Below are positions 49,149 to 63,122 of a DNA stretch of 64,000 nt, piece by piece; position 1 is the first letter of the stretch, and each line of letters begins with the position of its first letter. The translations under genes and the position numbers were made by a program. The notes beneath the pieces are model-generated. The model was not told where the DNA came from. It did no database searches and worked only from the letters and a program-made list of their open reading frames with translations. Source of the stretch: Amphiscolops sp. MND2022 (lineage: Eukaryota); contig OZ076412.1 of the NCBI GenBank assembly GCA_964187785.1, forward strand, positions 33,232,001 to 33,296,000. The letters run 5' to 3'.

Positions 49149-52100
49149 TGGTGACAGGAGCCAACGAGCCCCAACAACTGATTACTGAATTCCTTACAGG
49201 ACGAATTCACTCTCACCCAGACCTTCAGAGTACAGAATCGGCGTATTGTACAACCATGGACACAACTCTACCAGTAGCACAGACAGTTGCGGCTGAACAG
49301 CCACAAGACACTATCAATCGTCTGGCAGATGTCCTGGTAAATCTCCAAAATAAACCACACTCGAAGACAATCCGACCAGTCACGATGAACTATATAAATT
49401 TTGACGGAAAAACAGAGAAATTCGAATAGTTTGAAGATTTATTTCATACAATGATAAAGATGCATGACTGAACAAATGAAAAGAAAACCAATTTCTTTCA
49501 CTGCTCAGAAAGGGAGCCCTACAAACTTTTCGAAATTTAAACTCTATAAACCGCCAAACTTTGAAGGACGTATTGGTCATGTCCAGTAGAAAATACGTCA
49601 AACCCGAGTCTCAAGCCACACCAAAGCACAAGTGGCACCGACTCATATTTGATCCCAATCCAATCCAAAGAAACTACATGACTTTCTGCAGGAACTCAAC
49701 CAGGGAGCCGAGAAGGCCTTTGGAGAGAATGCTGAAAGTGTGATAGACACTTTGCCATATGCCAAAGAACCATCCAAACTCAAACGATTGGCCAACATGG
49801 CCAGATCAGAAAATGGGACATATGAGAAGATTGTGGCACTACTCGAACTAGAACTCGATTTAAACGCCTTGATTTAAACGATTTTAAGAATCTGATGATT
49901 TACCCCTTGCCACAATGGCTTCAACGCCGGGCAAGGCGCAAAATCTGCTGTCTAATGGCATTGATACCAACAAGGATAATCAATGATCAAACTGCAACGC
50001 TGAAGACCACTTCTGGAAGAACTGCCCAAAGCTCAAAAAAGAAAAAGAAATGGACGTTAAAGTTGGGTAGATGGGTATATGTTGGGTAAATGTCCCACTT
50101 GCAGCAGAACGTCCAGGAGAGAAATGTTGGCGTGGTGCGGGAGCGCACCTTCGTCCCAAAAGGAACAGGCAAGATATCAAAACCACAGATGCCTCCGAGG
50201 ACGAAGGAAGCTCCACCAAATATTACAAATCCACGACGTCCGCATCAGGCCAATCAACTTCAAAGACACCTGATTCAAAAAAACTATCCACGACTCCAAA
50301 AATGTGACCGAATTTTGATACGGCTATATGTCATATCTGACCCATCTAACGTAATTTATAAACAGTCCTTAAGTGACATCAACGGAACACTGTCAGTTGT
50401 CTGGCAGCAACAGGGGGAAAAAGCTTGCATTGAAACTTACAAATTGGTCCACAACGACCGCCCAGGCCGATACTACGGAATGGACTATACTGCAGAATTT
50501 GAAACCCAATTTCAACCACTCCAACTAATTGAAGGTTAAAACACTCAATATAATAACCATGAATATGGACTAGATCCGTATTAGGACAGTTCCCTATACG
50601 ACCAGCAATCCTTACGGTTCAAATGTGAGGACTATCCGGCAACTGATGCTGAGGTTGACCCTGAAGTCCCATAGTTCGAATGTCTCAGGGAGGATAGAAT
50701 CCACAAATCAATAAATTAGAAAAAAATAGATGAAGAGCCGTCTAAAAACGAGACACAGGCCACACCCGGCCTTCTCGACGAGACGGCCTTCATACTTGCC
50801 CTTGTAAGCAAAGAGGGAAAACCGGCATACATATCCTTATCCACAAATCTCGGACCCAAATACAAAAAACAGGTGCTATATTTTCTGATGTACTTTGGGG
50901 AACTAACCCTAGACAGCCTAATAGACACTGGAGCCCTATCTAGTGCAATTCCAGAAGCAGACTCCAGGAAAATCCGCCTCCTAGCACCTCAATCCATAGT
51001 CAAAGAGAGACCAGCTCCCTCTTTCAAATCATGGTCGCAAATGGTTAATTGGAAACCCCCAAAAGCACCGTTGAACTCAAGTTCGAAGTAGGAGATAATA
51101 ATTTGCACGAAACATTCATAGTAATGGAAAAACTGACCGACTCCATCATAGGTCTAATGTTCCTCCAAAGGAATCTTACAGTTCTGGACATGGGACAAGG
51201 CATACTCAACTTCCCATACATCTCCGTGCAACTCAAAGCAGCTGACAATAAAAACTCGAATGTCTTGGATCCCCTATTTAACCCAGATGATTTAGCAACA
51301 CCATACAATGATCGAATCCTAGTGGGGATCAAATCCCAGATTTACAATGAAAATACGGTCACAGGAGTCTTGCAACCTAGTGATCTCCTACACGAAAGTG
51401 CGCCCCAATAGTCACGTTGATCAATGGAACCGTCAATGTCCATATCAACATCTTCATGTTAAACCAATAGACCCGGTGTCCACATGGCATATACTAAACG
51501 AAAGGGAAGAAGGTGCGATTTACTATGTCAGTAGTCTACTCAAGGCCAGCAAAATAATGACCAATACAAACAGTACCGGCTCCAACACCCGAAAACCCAG
51601 GAGTTGAAAACTCCCACACTCCTAAACAACAACGAATTCTTCAAAAACTACGCAACCTACAAGGGGCAGAACAGCTAGACCCCCAGAACGATACTCCAAC
51701 AGCATGAAATCAAAAAGATCGAATCGCTCCTAGTTGAATATCATGATATATTCGCACAACACAGGTTGGACATAGGGATCAACGAGGAGTTCACGGTCAA
51801 ACTAACGCGAAAGGAGAAATCGCCCGCTTATTGCCAAAGTCTACCAACTCCAGTCAACTTGAATGAAGATATCCTGGTCGAGCTGGCTCCATTACACAAA
51901 TATGGCATAATCACGACACTGCCATTCTCAAAAGTTGCCAGTCCCATATTTGCGCAGAAAACATCTAATGGGAAACTAAGACTCTGGTCGATATGAAAAA
52001 ATAAACATTTTCATTTCGGATGATTATATAAATAACAATCACCTGTTTAGTACCCTAACGGACGCCGCGCAACACTTGGTCAGAAAAAAACTGTTCTGTA

Positions 52101-55100
52101 AACTTGTTTCTTCACAGGCACATCATTGTCTTCCAATGGAGGACCAAAGGTCCATAGAGATGCCTGCCTTCAATTTCGCAAATTGAAACTTTGCCTGTAG
52201 AAGACTTGCCCAAAACCTTAGCAGGCATTTTAATGCTTTATGCGAGGGTATCTCGACAAAGTGGATAAAGCCGATCAATGCGCCGACGACATAGGCATAG
52301 CTGCCAACGATGCCAATCATCTACTCAAAAACCGGAGAGCCACATTTGTGTGCATTCGAAAAGCTGGGTTGAAATTAACAATGCACAAATGTCATTTTGG
52401 GGCAACTGAAATAGATTACCTGGGTAGAAAAGTCACCCTGAAGGAGTGAAACCACAGAAAGAAACGATAACTACCTTTTTGGAAAAACAAACGGAATCCC
52501 CAAAAATCCAAAAAGGCCCTACAAAGATACCTGGGCTTCCTGAATTACTACAAGAACTACATCCCAAGTTTGTCTGAGAAACTAGCCCCATTCTTTTAAC
52601 TCATCAAAGAGGACGAGAAGGTCCTTGTGACCACGGAGTTATTACAACAATTCAAGGAAATCAAAAGAAACCTTGACAAATGCAGTTAATTCGCTTTAAA
52701 GCAGCAACTGCCGAACAAACAACTAGTCCTAATGACATATGCTAGCTTTACAGCAGCCGGGTACGCCATTCTCACCGAAGACCATCCAGATCAGAAATAC
52801 ATTTCAGTCAAAAAATCATATGCTCCTATGGCATATGGCTCAAAGACTTTCTCGCCATCACAACTGAAATTTTAAATACACGCCACAGATTTCTTAGCTA
52901 TCTACTACGCATTCAAAGAACTTGGACACATCTTCTGGGAAACCCCCAACTGATCACTAACTTTACGGTCAACAAATCGGTAACGAGGATTTTCCAGACA
53001 AAACCAATAGCTCCAGCACTCTGCAACGCCTGTGACTATGTAATACATTTCAACTTTGTTATAGCACATATTCCACGGAAGACCAATATCGCGGCCGACT
53101 ACCTATCTCGCATGGAAATGGACCCCAAGGAGAAACTAATCTTGAAAATCCGCGATGTCGAAACACGGCCCATTGAGGTAAATGTCCAGTCGGCAGGCGT
53201 ATCAGAAGAGGAGCTGAAGACGATGACGAAACAGAAGCGCAAATTTGGGAGGGTAAAAAACAGAGCCGTAACAACTCAAGTGACCAAGAGGTCGTAATCC
53301 AAATTGATTCCATATCTGAACATATAGTTGAAGAAATCACAAACTCTACCCAGAAATTACGTAGAACTTATCAAATTTTGCTTAAGCAATACAAAGATCC
53401 TATATTACACTAGCTCAAAGCCAAAATTCAGAACAAAGACTACTCTGAAGAAGATCGCCATCAAGATATTCGGTATAAACACTATCTCAACAATTTGAAG
53501 TGAATAGTCCTCAAGGACGAGATAGTCACGGACATTACTATGATGAAACTGGACAAGTCAAACATCACCGAATCCTCTTGTCGAAACACCTGCCAAGAGG
53601 GCTTTTACATGCGTTACATGGAACCGCTCACAAACATTCCGGCATATCTAAAATGTTGCAGAAAACTCGCCAGAAATATTACTAACCCGGAATAGCTAAA
53701 CATGGGTAGAAGATGGGTAGAAGGATGCGAAATTTGTGCAAAAGATAAACGTGTACCAAAAAACACCTGCTCAATTTGCCCGAATGGGACCTTGGACCAG
53801 AGGACACAATGCAATTTGATTTGTTACCAAGTTTACTGATAATTGGAGGCTACCAAACAGTGATGACGGCTATAGATCTTTTCTCAAAATACCTGTTTGC
53901 CTACCCGTTAGTTGAGGTCACCACTTCAAACACGCCAAAGGTCCTGATCGACATCATAAACAGGCATCTCTGCCGACGACGCTCATCACTGATAAAGGAA
54001 CCGCATTATTAAAGGACGAGAATTATTGCATTATTGCAGAAAAACGCAAATTTTTGGAAATACGCTAAAGTGTGCAACTACTATACATCCGCGAACAATT
54101 GACAAGCTTGCGAGGACTCACGCCTCATTAAAAACAAATTTCAATATGGCTTCAGGGGAATATCGCCGGCAATGGCACAAATACTTGCCACTGGCTGTGC
54201 TCAATTACAATACACCTACCATTCCAGTCTTGGCTGTGAGCCGAGCAAAGTCTTTCATGGACGAATTCCCTACAAGGTCCTACATCATAAACTTGGAAAT
54301 AATCCAAATAAAGATTTCTGGACCACAACGGATTTTGCAGAAAAATACAACAGCGAATGCAAACTCTCATTGATAAAACGAAGCAAAATATTATGCAGTC
54401 ATACTTGAAATACAACGAGTATTATGACCGCAAAGCCAAGGTAGCCCCGCTGAACGAAAAAGATTTTTTTATTTTGCAGCCTAAAGCAGATAATCAAGCA
54501 TCAAAAATACCGTTCAGGGATTACCGTTGGATTGGTCCTTATCAAATTGAAAAAGTATTACCTAACGACAAATATATTTTCCGGCGTTCAAATGCAGATA
54601 AAACGCAAATACTACACCGAAGCAGACTGAAAAAGTTTGTCCTAAACACACACTTAGAAAACAAATATTTCAAAAAGAAACTCCAACCTGATGACGAAAT
54701 AATCATTCCGCAAGACGACTTATACACCATTTCATGGGAAGCCGATTTTGACTACCAAGGCTTCGAGCCGAGACAGGACGATAGTTCGAATGAAGCAGCA
54801 CAAGCACCGCAAAGACAACAATGCGAGCAGCGCAACTGATGATTACGTACTTTATGACAATGCGGATGACAACCCGGTAAGACCAAGACCGGCCACCAGC
54901 CGCGACGGCATAATCTCACGAAATGCAAATGAAGACATTTATGGAAATGACCGAAGCAATATGAATGAACAAGAAGTAAGGCAGCCTACGGCTACTAGCC
55001 GAGATGCACTTATCTTACACGATGAAGATGACGTCAACGAGAAAGCTGCAAAAGATAAAAACGCAGCAAAACAGAAAGTTTGCGGCCACTAGCCGAGATA

Positions 55101-55290
55101 ACCCAATTATTGGCGACACGCCTATCGACTCACGAAACGATTTTCATGATGTTACTAGATATTCTCCTAAAAAAGGGGAGGATAATCCCGTGCCCAGAAT
55201 TCAGATAATGGAAAAAAATGGAAAGACAAATTGAGGAGGTAAATATAACCTTCGGTCTAACACCACCCCAAAGTCAGAAATGTTGAATTG
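48682..55290 (+). pseudogene. gag-pol: Element B gag-pol remnant
   Basis: MVTGANE; KFE*FEDLFHT; CNAEDHFWKNC; LIDTGALSSAIP; YGIITTLPFSK.ASPIFAQK; CADDIGIA; YASFTAAGYA; LHGTAHKHSG; PEWDLGPEDTMQFDLLP; WIGPYQI. Many lesions. Confidence 0.92.
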
Positions 55291-57608
55291 GGTCCCCTTC
55301 TTCTTTTTCCCAAGAAGGCATAACTTTTACTGGGACTACTCTGACTCTTTTAACTAATAGATTAATTTTATAAATACAAAAACAACTATTAAAAAACTGA
55401 AATTTACAAAATGAAAAGTCTAGATAACAATGGTGCTCTTTGTACATTTATTCTTTAGTGCTACTTTCACGATGTTCTTGCAAAGTCATCCAGAGCTCTC
55501 TTTGGGGAATATCACCGAAATAGGCAAACGTTTTTTCCCAAGGGCCCAATTGAGTTTCTTCCCAGCAGAGGTTGACACAGAGGAAGATCGAGAAGCTGTA
55601 CTGTCTCCCTTGAAAGAAGCGGTCAGAGTCTTTAAAAATGAAGAACGTCCGAAGGTGTCCACATGAGACCATGGGTCTCCGGATAAACGCGCTGATTTGA
55701 ATTGTAACTCTAGATCTTTATATTTCATCAATGCAGTCTCAGAAGTACAGACTGCAATGGCATCAGGACAATTATACAAATAGGACTTTGCAGGCAATTT
55801 GACACTTGAAAGACGGCAATGTTGGCTCGAAGTATCTCCATCCTGGGATTTGACAGCGGGGAGTTCTTTATGGCTCTCAGTAATGCAAAAACAACGTGAA
55901 CGATAGAAGTGAAATAGTTTGAAGCGGCTACACAGAGTTGGCATTGGTGTCAAGAGCTCGAGAAGATTAGGAATGGTTGGTGCCGGGTGCGTCCTTGATT
56001 CCTGAATAGGTGTTACGGAAGTAATTAACGAATTCGAAGTACTCGCCCTGCAGTCGCTCATCGAGGCCTCAGACACCCAGAAGCTGTCATAGAGGGCGTT
56101 GAAGCAGAAAGAGACCTGGTCCAGAGTTCGGGAAAGCAGCACGTGTGGGTCGAAAAAACCCATGCCCTGAACAATATCAGCGGTGAGGTGGATGTCTCGC
56201 AACAGTGATTCCAATAGTGACACGACGTAATTGCCGGCCTTCACAAGGAAGCTCTTCTTCTAAGCTCCAACAAGTTCTTCCAAATTAGGTGGCCCAGTTT
56301 TCTTGTCGGAGTATGAGCGGCAGATTTTCGAACTGCAGGCTGCCTCGAGATCTGTTTTGAGCTTGAGCCGCTGAGCAAAGTCCGGGAAGACAACTGCCTG
56401 AGGTCGTCTGGGCACAGATGAAGCAACTCAGTCCTGTTAACGTCGTCAGGAAAGAACTTGGGTAAAATGGCATGCCGATAAGCCAGGCTGCGGCAAAGCA
56501 CTTTGCATCTGAACATGACGTGAAATCAAAGGAATATCAAATTCGAAGAGGTTGTCCTGGAACAATGTGGGACACCTCATCCATAAGGCCGAAACATGCG
56601 TTCAGAGGAGACAAGATCAAAGAAATCACAAAGTGTATGAAAGGAAGCAACTCACAACCTCGAACTAGGAGGGATAGGAATTCGAGCCTGACTGTGAAGA
56701 GATCGACCATAAAGATAGTCCAATCCTATACTCTTTGACTGAAAAGGAAACAATAAATTTATGATGCGAATCGATAGAAAATTCCGATTTACCCAAACGG
56801 AACAACGGACGATTATGCCCTACAAGAAAAAGTTCTAGAATAAATTCCGAATTGATTATATTGTTCTTTACTCCTTGCATCTTTGTCATGTAGTCACGAA
56901 TGGATGTCCAGTGAGCCACAATTCTGCGCATAATAAAGGTATCCGCTTGAGCTCCATGTTACAATTGGCAACGTCACACAACACGAAAAGGTGGATCAAT
57001 ACCCAAATCACTAGTTTACACTTGTAAAAGGACAGAGAAGTCTGCATGGTGAAAGAGAACTTAATTAGCAAATATAAAAAAGGTAAAGCGAACCTTGGTG
57101 AGTTCAGGGCACTGTGGAGCCCAGGGCTGGCTTAAACAACCACTCAGGAAGGCAACCAGAAAGTTAATCTGAGAGAAGATATCTATTGGCCCGAAAACGT
57201 AACAAGTCTCCAGGACGCTGGGGTGCATAAGCTCCTGCAGGGAGAAGACGTCAAATCTAAAGGGGTACTGGACCCCAAGATCGTACAGTCTGAATGATTC
57301 TGAAGATTGAAACAACATTGAAGAGCAGCCCGAAATGCAGACGAGGTTGGGCTTCGTTGACACAAAGGAAAGGAGAAAAGAGATGGCTCCCAAAAAATTT
57401 CCTGGATAATACTCAACTCGGCTGTGTCGGTGGCTGTGTCGGTGGAGCTCAACTCGGACGAGGGAGTCCTCTCTCCTGTATCTGATGCGAGTGGACATGC
57501 CCTGGGTGCTGAACTCGACGGAGTACAGATTAGTCGCAGTGATATGATCGGCTATGTCTCCAAGACCACGCATGAAAATCTGATGGAAAATGTTCTGATA
57601 TAGAACAA

Positions 57609-57609
<1 letters not shown>

Positions 57610-57644
<35 letters not shown>
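57610..57644. repeat. (CA)n microsatellite adjacent to the gap
   Basis: About 17 CA units. Confidence 0.95.
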
Positions 57645-57645
<1 letters not shown>

Positions 57646-57845
57646 NNNNNNNNNNNNNNNNNNNNNNNNNNNNNNNNNNNNNNNNNNNNNNNNNNNNNNN
57701 NNNNNNNNNNNNNNNNNNNNNNNNNNNNNNNNNNNNNNNNNNNNNNNNNNNNNNNNNNNNNNNNNNNNNNNNNNNNNNNNNNNNNNNNNNNNNNNNNNNN
57801 NNNNNNNNNNNNNNNNNNNNNNNNNNNNNNNNNNNNNNNNNNNNN
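57646..57845. other. Assembly gap of 200 N
   Basis: Run of n. The round length suggests a fixed-size scaffolding gap. Confidence 0.98.
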
Positions 57846-58406
57846 CCAGAGCTTGATGGTTCGTAAACATGCCAACTCTGCAGTTTTGATAAATTCCCGT
57901 CTCGAGGCACGAACACACCTCGCAGGGAAAGCGATCCCGTGCATCAACGAGTGGTACTTCTAGGAAGTATGGGTTCTCCTTTCGAGTCATATGGCCGTCA
58001 AGACGTAACTGTCTTTTCCTCTGACTTGGTGAGTGGTAATCCCAGTAACCTCGTCAGTTTCTTGTAAGTGGACAAATCTCCAATTTTGGTCGTTTCGAAG
58101 GTGTCCTTCAGTTTTGTAGTGCCTTAGTATCTCGCGACCACCTTTTGAGTATTTAGACACATTGGTCTTGCAGAGCATACAAAACAATTTTAGTTTATTC
58201 TGAGTGGGGTCAATAGGGCCGGAAACGAAGGTCCTTGTCCATGGGATGCCCTTGAAGTAGGCATGTTTCATCACTGCTCATTAGCATCCGTCTCTTCAGT
58301 GGGGGGCCAGGAGGGCCAGTGTCGGCAGTTACTCAAACCCCTCCAAGAATAGTCAGTGGCTGGTAGTAGGTGGGACTGTGTGCTGGCGTGACATTCCCAA
58401 TCATTA

Positions 58407-60938
58407 CAGTGCCAAAAGTGGGTTAACACACTTTTGTGCTATTAAGTCACCGAAATCCACTGACAAACTTTTAAACATGTATTTCACTGATTTTCATTGG
58501 ATTCCGCTGTAGCCTGTTCTGGATTCCACTAACATATCTAGCTAATGTACAAAAATGTGTGCACCGAAATCCACTGCTTTTCACTGCCAACTGATTGAAC
58601 CAATCGCGTCCGCTTATTTCAACTATTAGCGAATTTCGCTGAAACTTGCAGTGGATTCCACTTCAGCTTACAGTGGATTCCACTTTGGCTTACAGTCGAT
58701 TCCACTTTGACCTACAGTCGATTCCACATTTCAACTTGTGGAATTGACTGCAAAACGAGTGGAATTGACTGTAAGCCAAAGTTGAATTCACTGTAAGCTG
58801 AAGTAGAATCCACTGCAAGTTTCTTCGAAAGGACAGATCAATGAAACATAAATAATAACTTTCTAATAATCTTCTTGCAATGTTTCATGCTGAAACAAAA
58901 CTTTTGGCCCTTTTGTTTTGTCTCCCCACACCTGTTAGAATATATTATATAAATTTATTATTATTAATTATTTACTATTATTAGATAAATAAAGTCGGTA
59001 TTTGCTACTTCTTACAGCTAATGATAAAACACTCTATCGCGGAGGATTACAAATATATCTAAGTTGATGAAGTTATCTCGCAATACAGCACTTACTTAGG
59101 TTCGGTTCAAATTATGCAGGAACGGCGAAAAATTTTCGATTCCGCGAAATATTCGACAAAACCAAAACATGCTAGTATGATCTATACTGCCGGGGATTTT
59201 TATTCGTTTACCCGAAATTTTGATTTCGATATTTAGCCGATATTCGATTATCCGAAGTCTACTGTAATTGCAAAAACAACATCTTGAAAAGTGTAGGGAA
59301 AAGAAAAAAGTTCCAGTCTTTTTCATTTTTCTTTGTTTCAGGTCAAATTCATACAAATTCAGTGGAGCAATGGGCGAATGGTGGGAACTTCAAAATCACT
59401 CTTTATGGTTGCAATGTTTACAACTTCAATGGTTACAACTCACACCTGATGCGTTCCTCTCTTCTCTATTATTATAAAATTTTCTCCTTAGTATAACAAT
59501 TTTGTTGAAAGTTTTGTTTACGTCTTTCTTTTTGTCATGATAAAGTGTAGTTTTTTCAATTGAAAAAATTTCCTTCACCAATTTTTGCCAAGAAGTTGTA
59601 GTGCTTGAACTGTGTTCACGGTCAACTCACGGTCGAAAAACAACAGAATCACTTTCTGGCAAATACTCTATGCAATGTCAACCGACTCACGGTTGACAAC
59701 CGACTCACGGTGGAGACAGAAAAATCACTGGAAAATCGTTCCTCATGATTTTTTGGGAACAATCACACCTAATTTTATCACCTACTAATGAGCGCACGTA
59801 TGACCTTGTAGTTTTAGTTCAACGCGTGCAATCAAATAGTTTCAAACAGGTGTTGAAGAATTATTTTAACAGCGTGCGGTAATACCGTGAGAAAAATGTT
59901 GCAAGATTAAAGTTATTCGAAGTTGAGGCTAAAATTGAGGCGTATCAGAAGACGCAATAGGAGGGAAACTGGAACACAAAGAAATAGATTTTGATAGTTT
60001 TTCGGCTTCATCATTATCGACGATTTGATACACCATTGACACGCTCAATTTCATTGTCTAAAAGTTTTCGTTTTTCGTAGTATCGAAACAAAACACAGTG
60101 AATAATATTTTCCCTTGCAACGTCTTATTCACCTGAGTTCAGATTTCCATTCATCATTCGGCTTGTAATTCAATTTGAAAGAAACTTTGGTATCCGCCTT
60201 GAGGTACTTGAAAAATGGAAACTAGTTGTACCTAAAATACACGAAAGAGCTGTGTGTGAAATTTGATGTAGAATTGATAAGGTCTCCGTTGCGGTCAGCA
60301 GTATGCTTGAAGTGAGTTTTCCGGAACCAAATTTTGGTATCCACCATGAGGTATATGAAAAATGAAAACTAGTTATACCTAAAGGTATGTGTGTATAACT
60401 AGGTAACTAGCAGGAACTCTGTGTGAATTTTTGATGCCCACTATGATTCAATCAAAGTATGAAAAAAAGAACAGTGAAACTAAAGCGGTAAAACGGTGCT
60501 TGATTGCGGTAATAACTCACTGGGAATAATTTGCCAGATGAAGAAATTCTGAATCCTTCTTTTTGTGACACTTGCTCATTCTGAGAAAGTTTCTCATTCT
60601 CAAAACTGAACTCGTGAAGGAAGAACTTTCAGGCACTGAAGTACATGAACTCCACTTTCTTTCGATGGTTGAGAGTTTTTGTAGATTGGTATTGAAAGAA
60701 TTCAGTGAAATAATTCAGTGAAAAAATTCAGTGAATTCCACTAAAACACTGCAGATCCGAATGTTTAAGGTATTTGATAGTGGAATTCAATGCTTTGCAG
60801 CGAAATTCGCTGCCGAAAAATCGCCAAAAGAGTGGAATCGACTGCAACGTAATAGCATTTGTTAGTGGATTACGCTGCACGCTTTCCAAAACTGCCGTCC
60901 AGCGAAATCCGCTGCAAAAATACCCACTTTTGGCACTG
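58407..60938. mobile_element. Non-autonomous Tc1/mariner-type TIR element inserted in element B's antisense gene
   Basis: ta|cagtgccaaaagtgggt ... acccacttttggcactg|ta, palindromic target tcatTAatga, and many subterminal ttccactg/gtggaa motifs. No transposase ORF. Confidence 0.85.
58634..58830. repeat. Imperfect palindrome with 73-bp arms built from 22-bp cagtggattccactt..ctta units
   Basis: 58634-58706 is the reverse complement of 58758-58830 with few mismatches. Confidence 0.85.
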
Positions 60939-63122
60939 TAATGATCTGAGTCGAAGTGGTCGGCTGCCCTGCTTGTCTCTCCACAACTCTGAATAGGGGA
61001 TCAGTCCCGTTGGCAGTCTCAGCCCCTGATATTGAGCGAGCCAAGGTTTTAGGGGTCCTCGTCTGAATTGATGGCCCCCGCTAGTGTAATCATCAGTGGT
61101 GTCTCCCCATGCTGGTCTCGTCACCAGAACTTTCAGGGTAAGTTAGGGCCAGTGTGGCACAACGCTGTGCATATCCCTTGCGCTTATCTCGGGGAGCTCC
61201 TGTGTAGAATGGAGTAACAAGGACTTCATCATGTGATAGGGTGTATGACAGACTCGTCAGCGGGGATAGTCCTCAGAATGGCTTGCAATTTTTCCGCATT
61301 AAGGGCAATAATGGGATGTCCGACTGGTAATTTAAAATACTTTTTGGTTGCTTTCCTTTTCCAGTCAGTTGTACGTCGGCCGTGGATAGTTTTGCCGGTT
61401 ACTGATGCTGCTCAGCGTCACTCTGTCCTGATTTACTGTGGAAGTCGCCCTCGGAATCAGGGAATGCTCCGGGATCAATAGTCAGAGCGCCGAGGCAAGC
61501 AGAATGGCTTCAACGCCGGAACTTTCAAATTGCTCCTCAGCGTCACTAGTGTCCGCATACAGGGCTTTTGTTTTTGTGCAAGGAAAAACTTCATTCCCGT
61601 TAGACGTCCCTGGACGTCTTCCTGAGAATCTTGTAGCACAGTTATATAATCCGAGACGGACACCTTGGGAAAAATTAAATTTTCGGAACACGTGGTTACC
61701 ACATATCTCGGTGGCGGAAGGAAGGCCTTGACGGTATCGGTTTCAAGAAGTGCCATGGAAGAGACAGTTCTCTCGATAAAAGCAGTCACGCTTCTTTCAG
61801 TGGACTTACTCTTATGTGAGTCCTCAGGAGAAGGCCGATAATGGACGGTTGGTTCTGATATTTTCTTCATTTCTTTCCATTTCTGTCTCTAGATCATTGA
61901 CGGCATCAGCTGAATGTAGAATGGGTCTGGCAAATCCTTCTGGCTTGACATGTCTAATTGGAGGGAAATTAGATTTTGCAGGTATCTTCCCGAAGATGAA
62001 TCCAAAAACCGCTGGTAAATGCTTCCGGAAGTGAAAGGAAGAAACAAAGTGTTACGATCGTTTACAAAAGAAACAGGAAGTTTGTGAACGATATGAAGAG
62101 CCTTGATCAAGCTCATTTCCGTTCAAATGAAAAGACCAGATGGCTTACCTATGGCTGTCCGACATTTGTAGAATGAGAGTTGGAGAGAAAGAGAGTTGTG
62201 GACAGTTCCAGTTGACCAATCACACTGCTGACAGAGACTTAATAAACCGAGTAGAATGACGTCCGAGGAAGGCATATCTGAAGGGATTGGATAATGGAGG
62301 GGAAGCAGCAGCAGCCCAGTGATCCAGATGTAAAAACCGTGATTAGATGACTGTTAGCCAAAGAACAGAACTGTTTGAAAAGACGTGATGAAAGACGGAA
62401 AGACTAATGAACGGACTAAAAAACTAAGTAAACAATAATTAAAATACGAAAAGCGCAATAAAGCTATGATTAAACTGAAAAAATTAAGCAAATTGCTAGA
62501 ACTGCAGAAATTTGGAGATCGTGGCTAACTGTATTTGATGTCAATTTATTGTACAAGTATGGATATTATTTTGTGGATGGAATCTGCCAGGGCAATCCAC
62601 AAGAATTAGGTCTTTCGAAACTTTTGTTTTCTCAGGGATTTAGTATATTTAAACAATTATGTTACTTATTTCCTTATTTGGACAATTACTTCTTAATCCG
62701 CTATTTTGGAAAGTCAGCTGAATGGGAGGTTCTTATTGGCTACCTCTGCTGGAGACCACGCGTGGCCTGAAGTTTTACCTATCACCTCTTGAGAAAGTCA
62801 AGTGGCAATCAAGAGATAAACCTTTGATGAAGTCCTTGAAGGCATCTTGCCATGTTATGTAAATGAAAGTAAAGAAGACGTAAACAGGGCGGCTAATTAG
62901 AATTTTCAAAGAGTGTTTTGGAGAGTTTCCTTATGCGAACGAGCGTCAGGAAAGGCAAAACTCCGGGAAAGGAATCACAAAGAAGTTTTGAAAGGTTTCA
63001 GAACAAAAAATTATAAATCTTCCTTTCAGAAAAAAACAAATTCAGTCTGTTCACTCATGATTAAAATTTTGAACAGCCTAAAACTAATCAAAATTGCGAA
63101 AAAACTGATAAAAACCAGAAAT

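Larger units (their letters stand above)
42393..51735 (+). repeat. Tandem duplication: 42393-46979 and 46980-51735 (host flank with TIL exon, 5' LTR, gag, protease of element B)
   Basis: Near-identical units. Copy 1 lacks 183 bp of LTR at ~43085 and copy 2 lacks 22 bp at its start. Junction ctcctagtt|gagttttg. Confidence 0.95.
55300..61880 (-). pseudogene. Antisense BED-finger/hAT-like gene of element B, degraded and interrupted by a TIR element and a gap
   Basis: FVSGPIDPTQNKLKLFCMLCKTNVSKYSKGGREILRHYKTEGH (~58090-58230); ITATNLYSVEF..FLGAISFLLSF..CISGC..PELTK|gt; IVAHWTSIRDYM; GMGFFDPHVLL..WVSE..EYFEF. All are collinear with element A's gene. Confidence 0.8.

Noticed and set aside
57061-57990. 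309-aa ORF with CVCVCV repeat from the ORF track
   Set aside because: Artefact of translating through the N gap and the (TG)n microsatellite. Only the flanking parts are exon sequence.
59555-59610. Kinase-like peptide KHYNFLAKIGEGNF on the minus strand
   Set aside because: Only 14 residues followed by stops. No VAIK, HRD or DFG motifs could be recovered.
62728-62753. Similarity to the sequence before the 3' LTR (63847-63869)
   Set aside because: Too short (about 25 nt with gaps) to call a second PPT or a paralogue.
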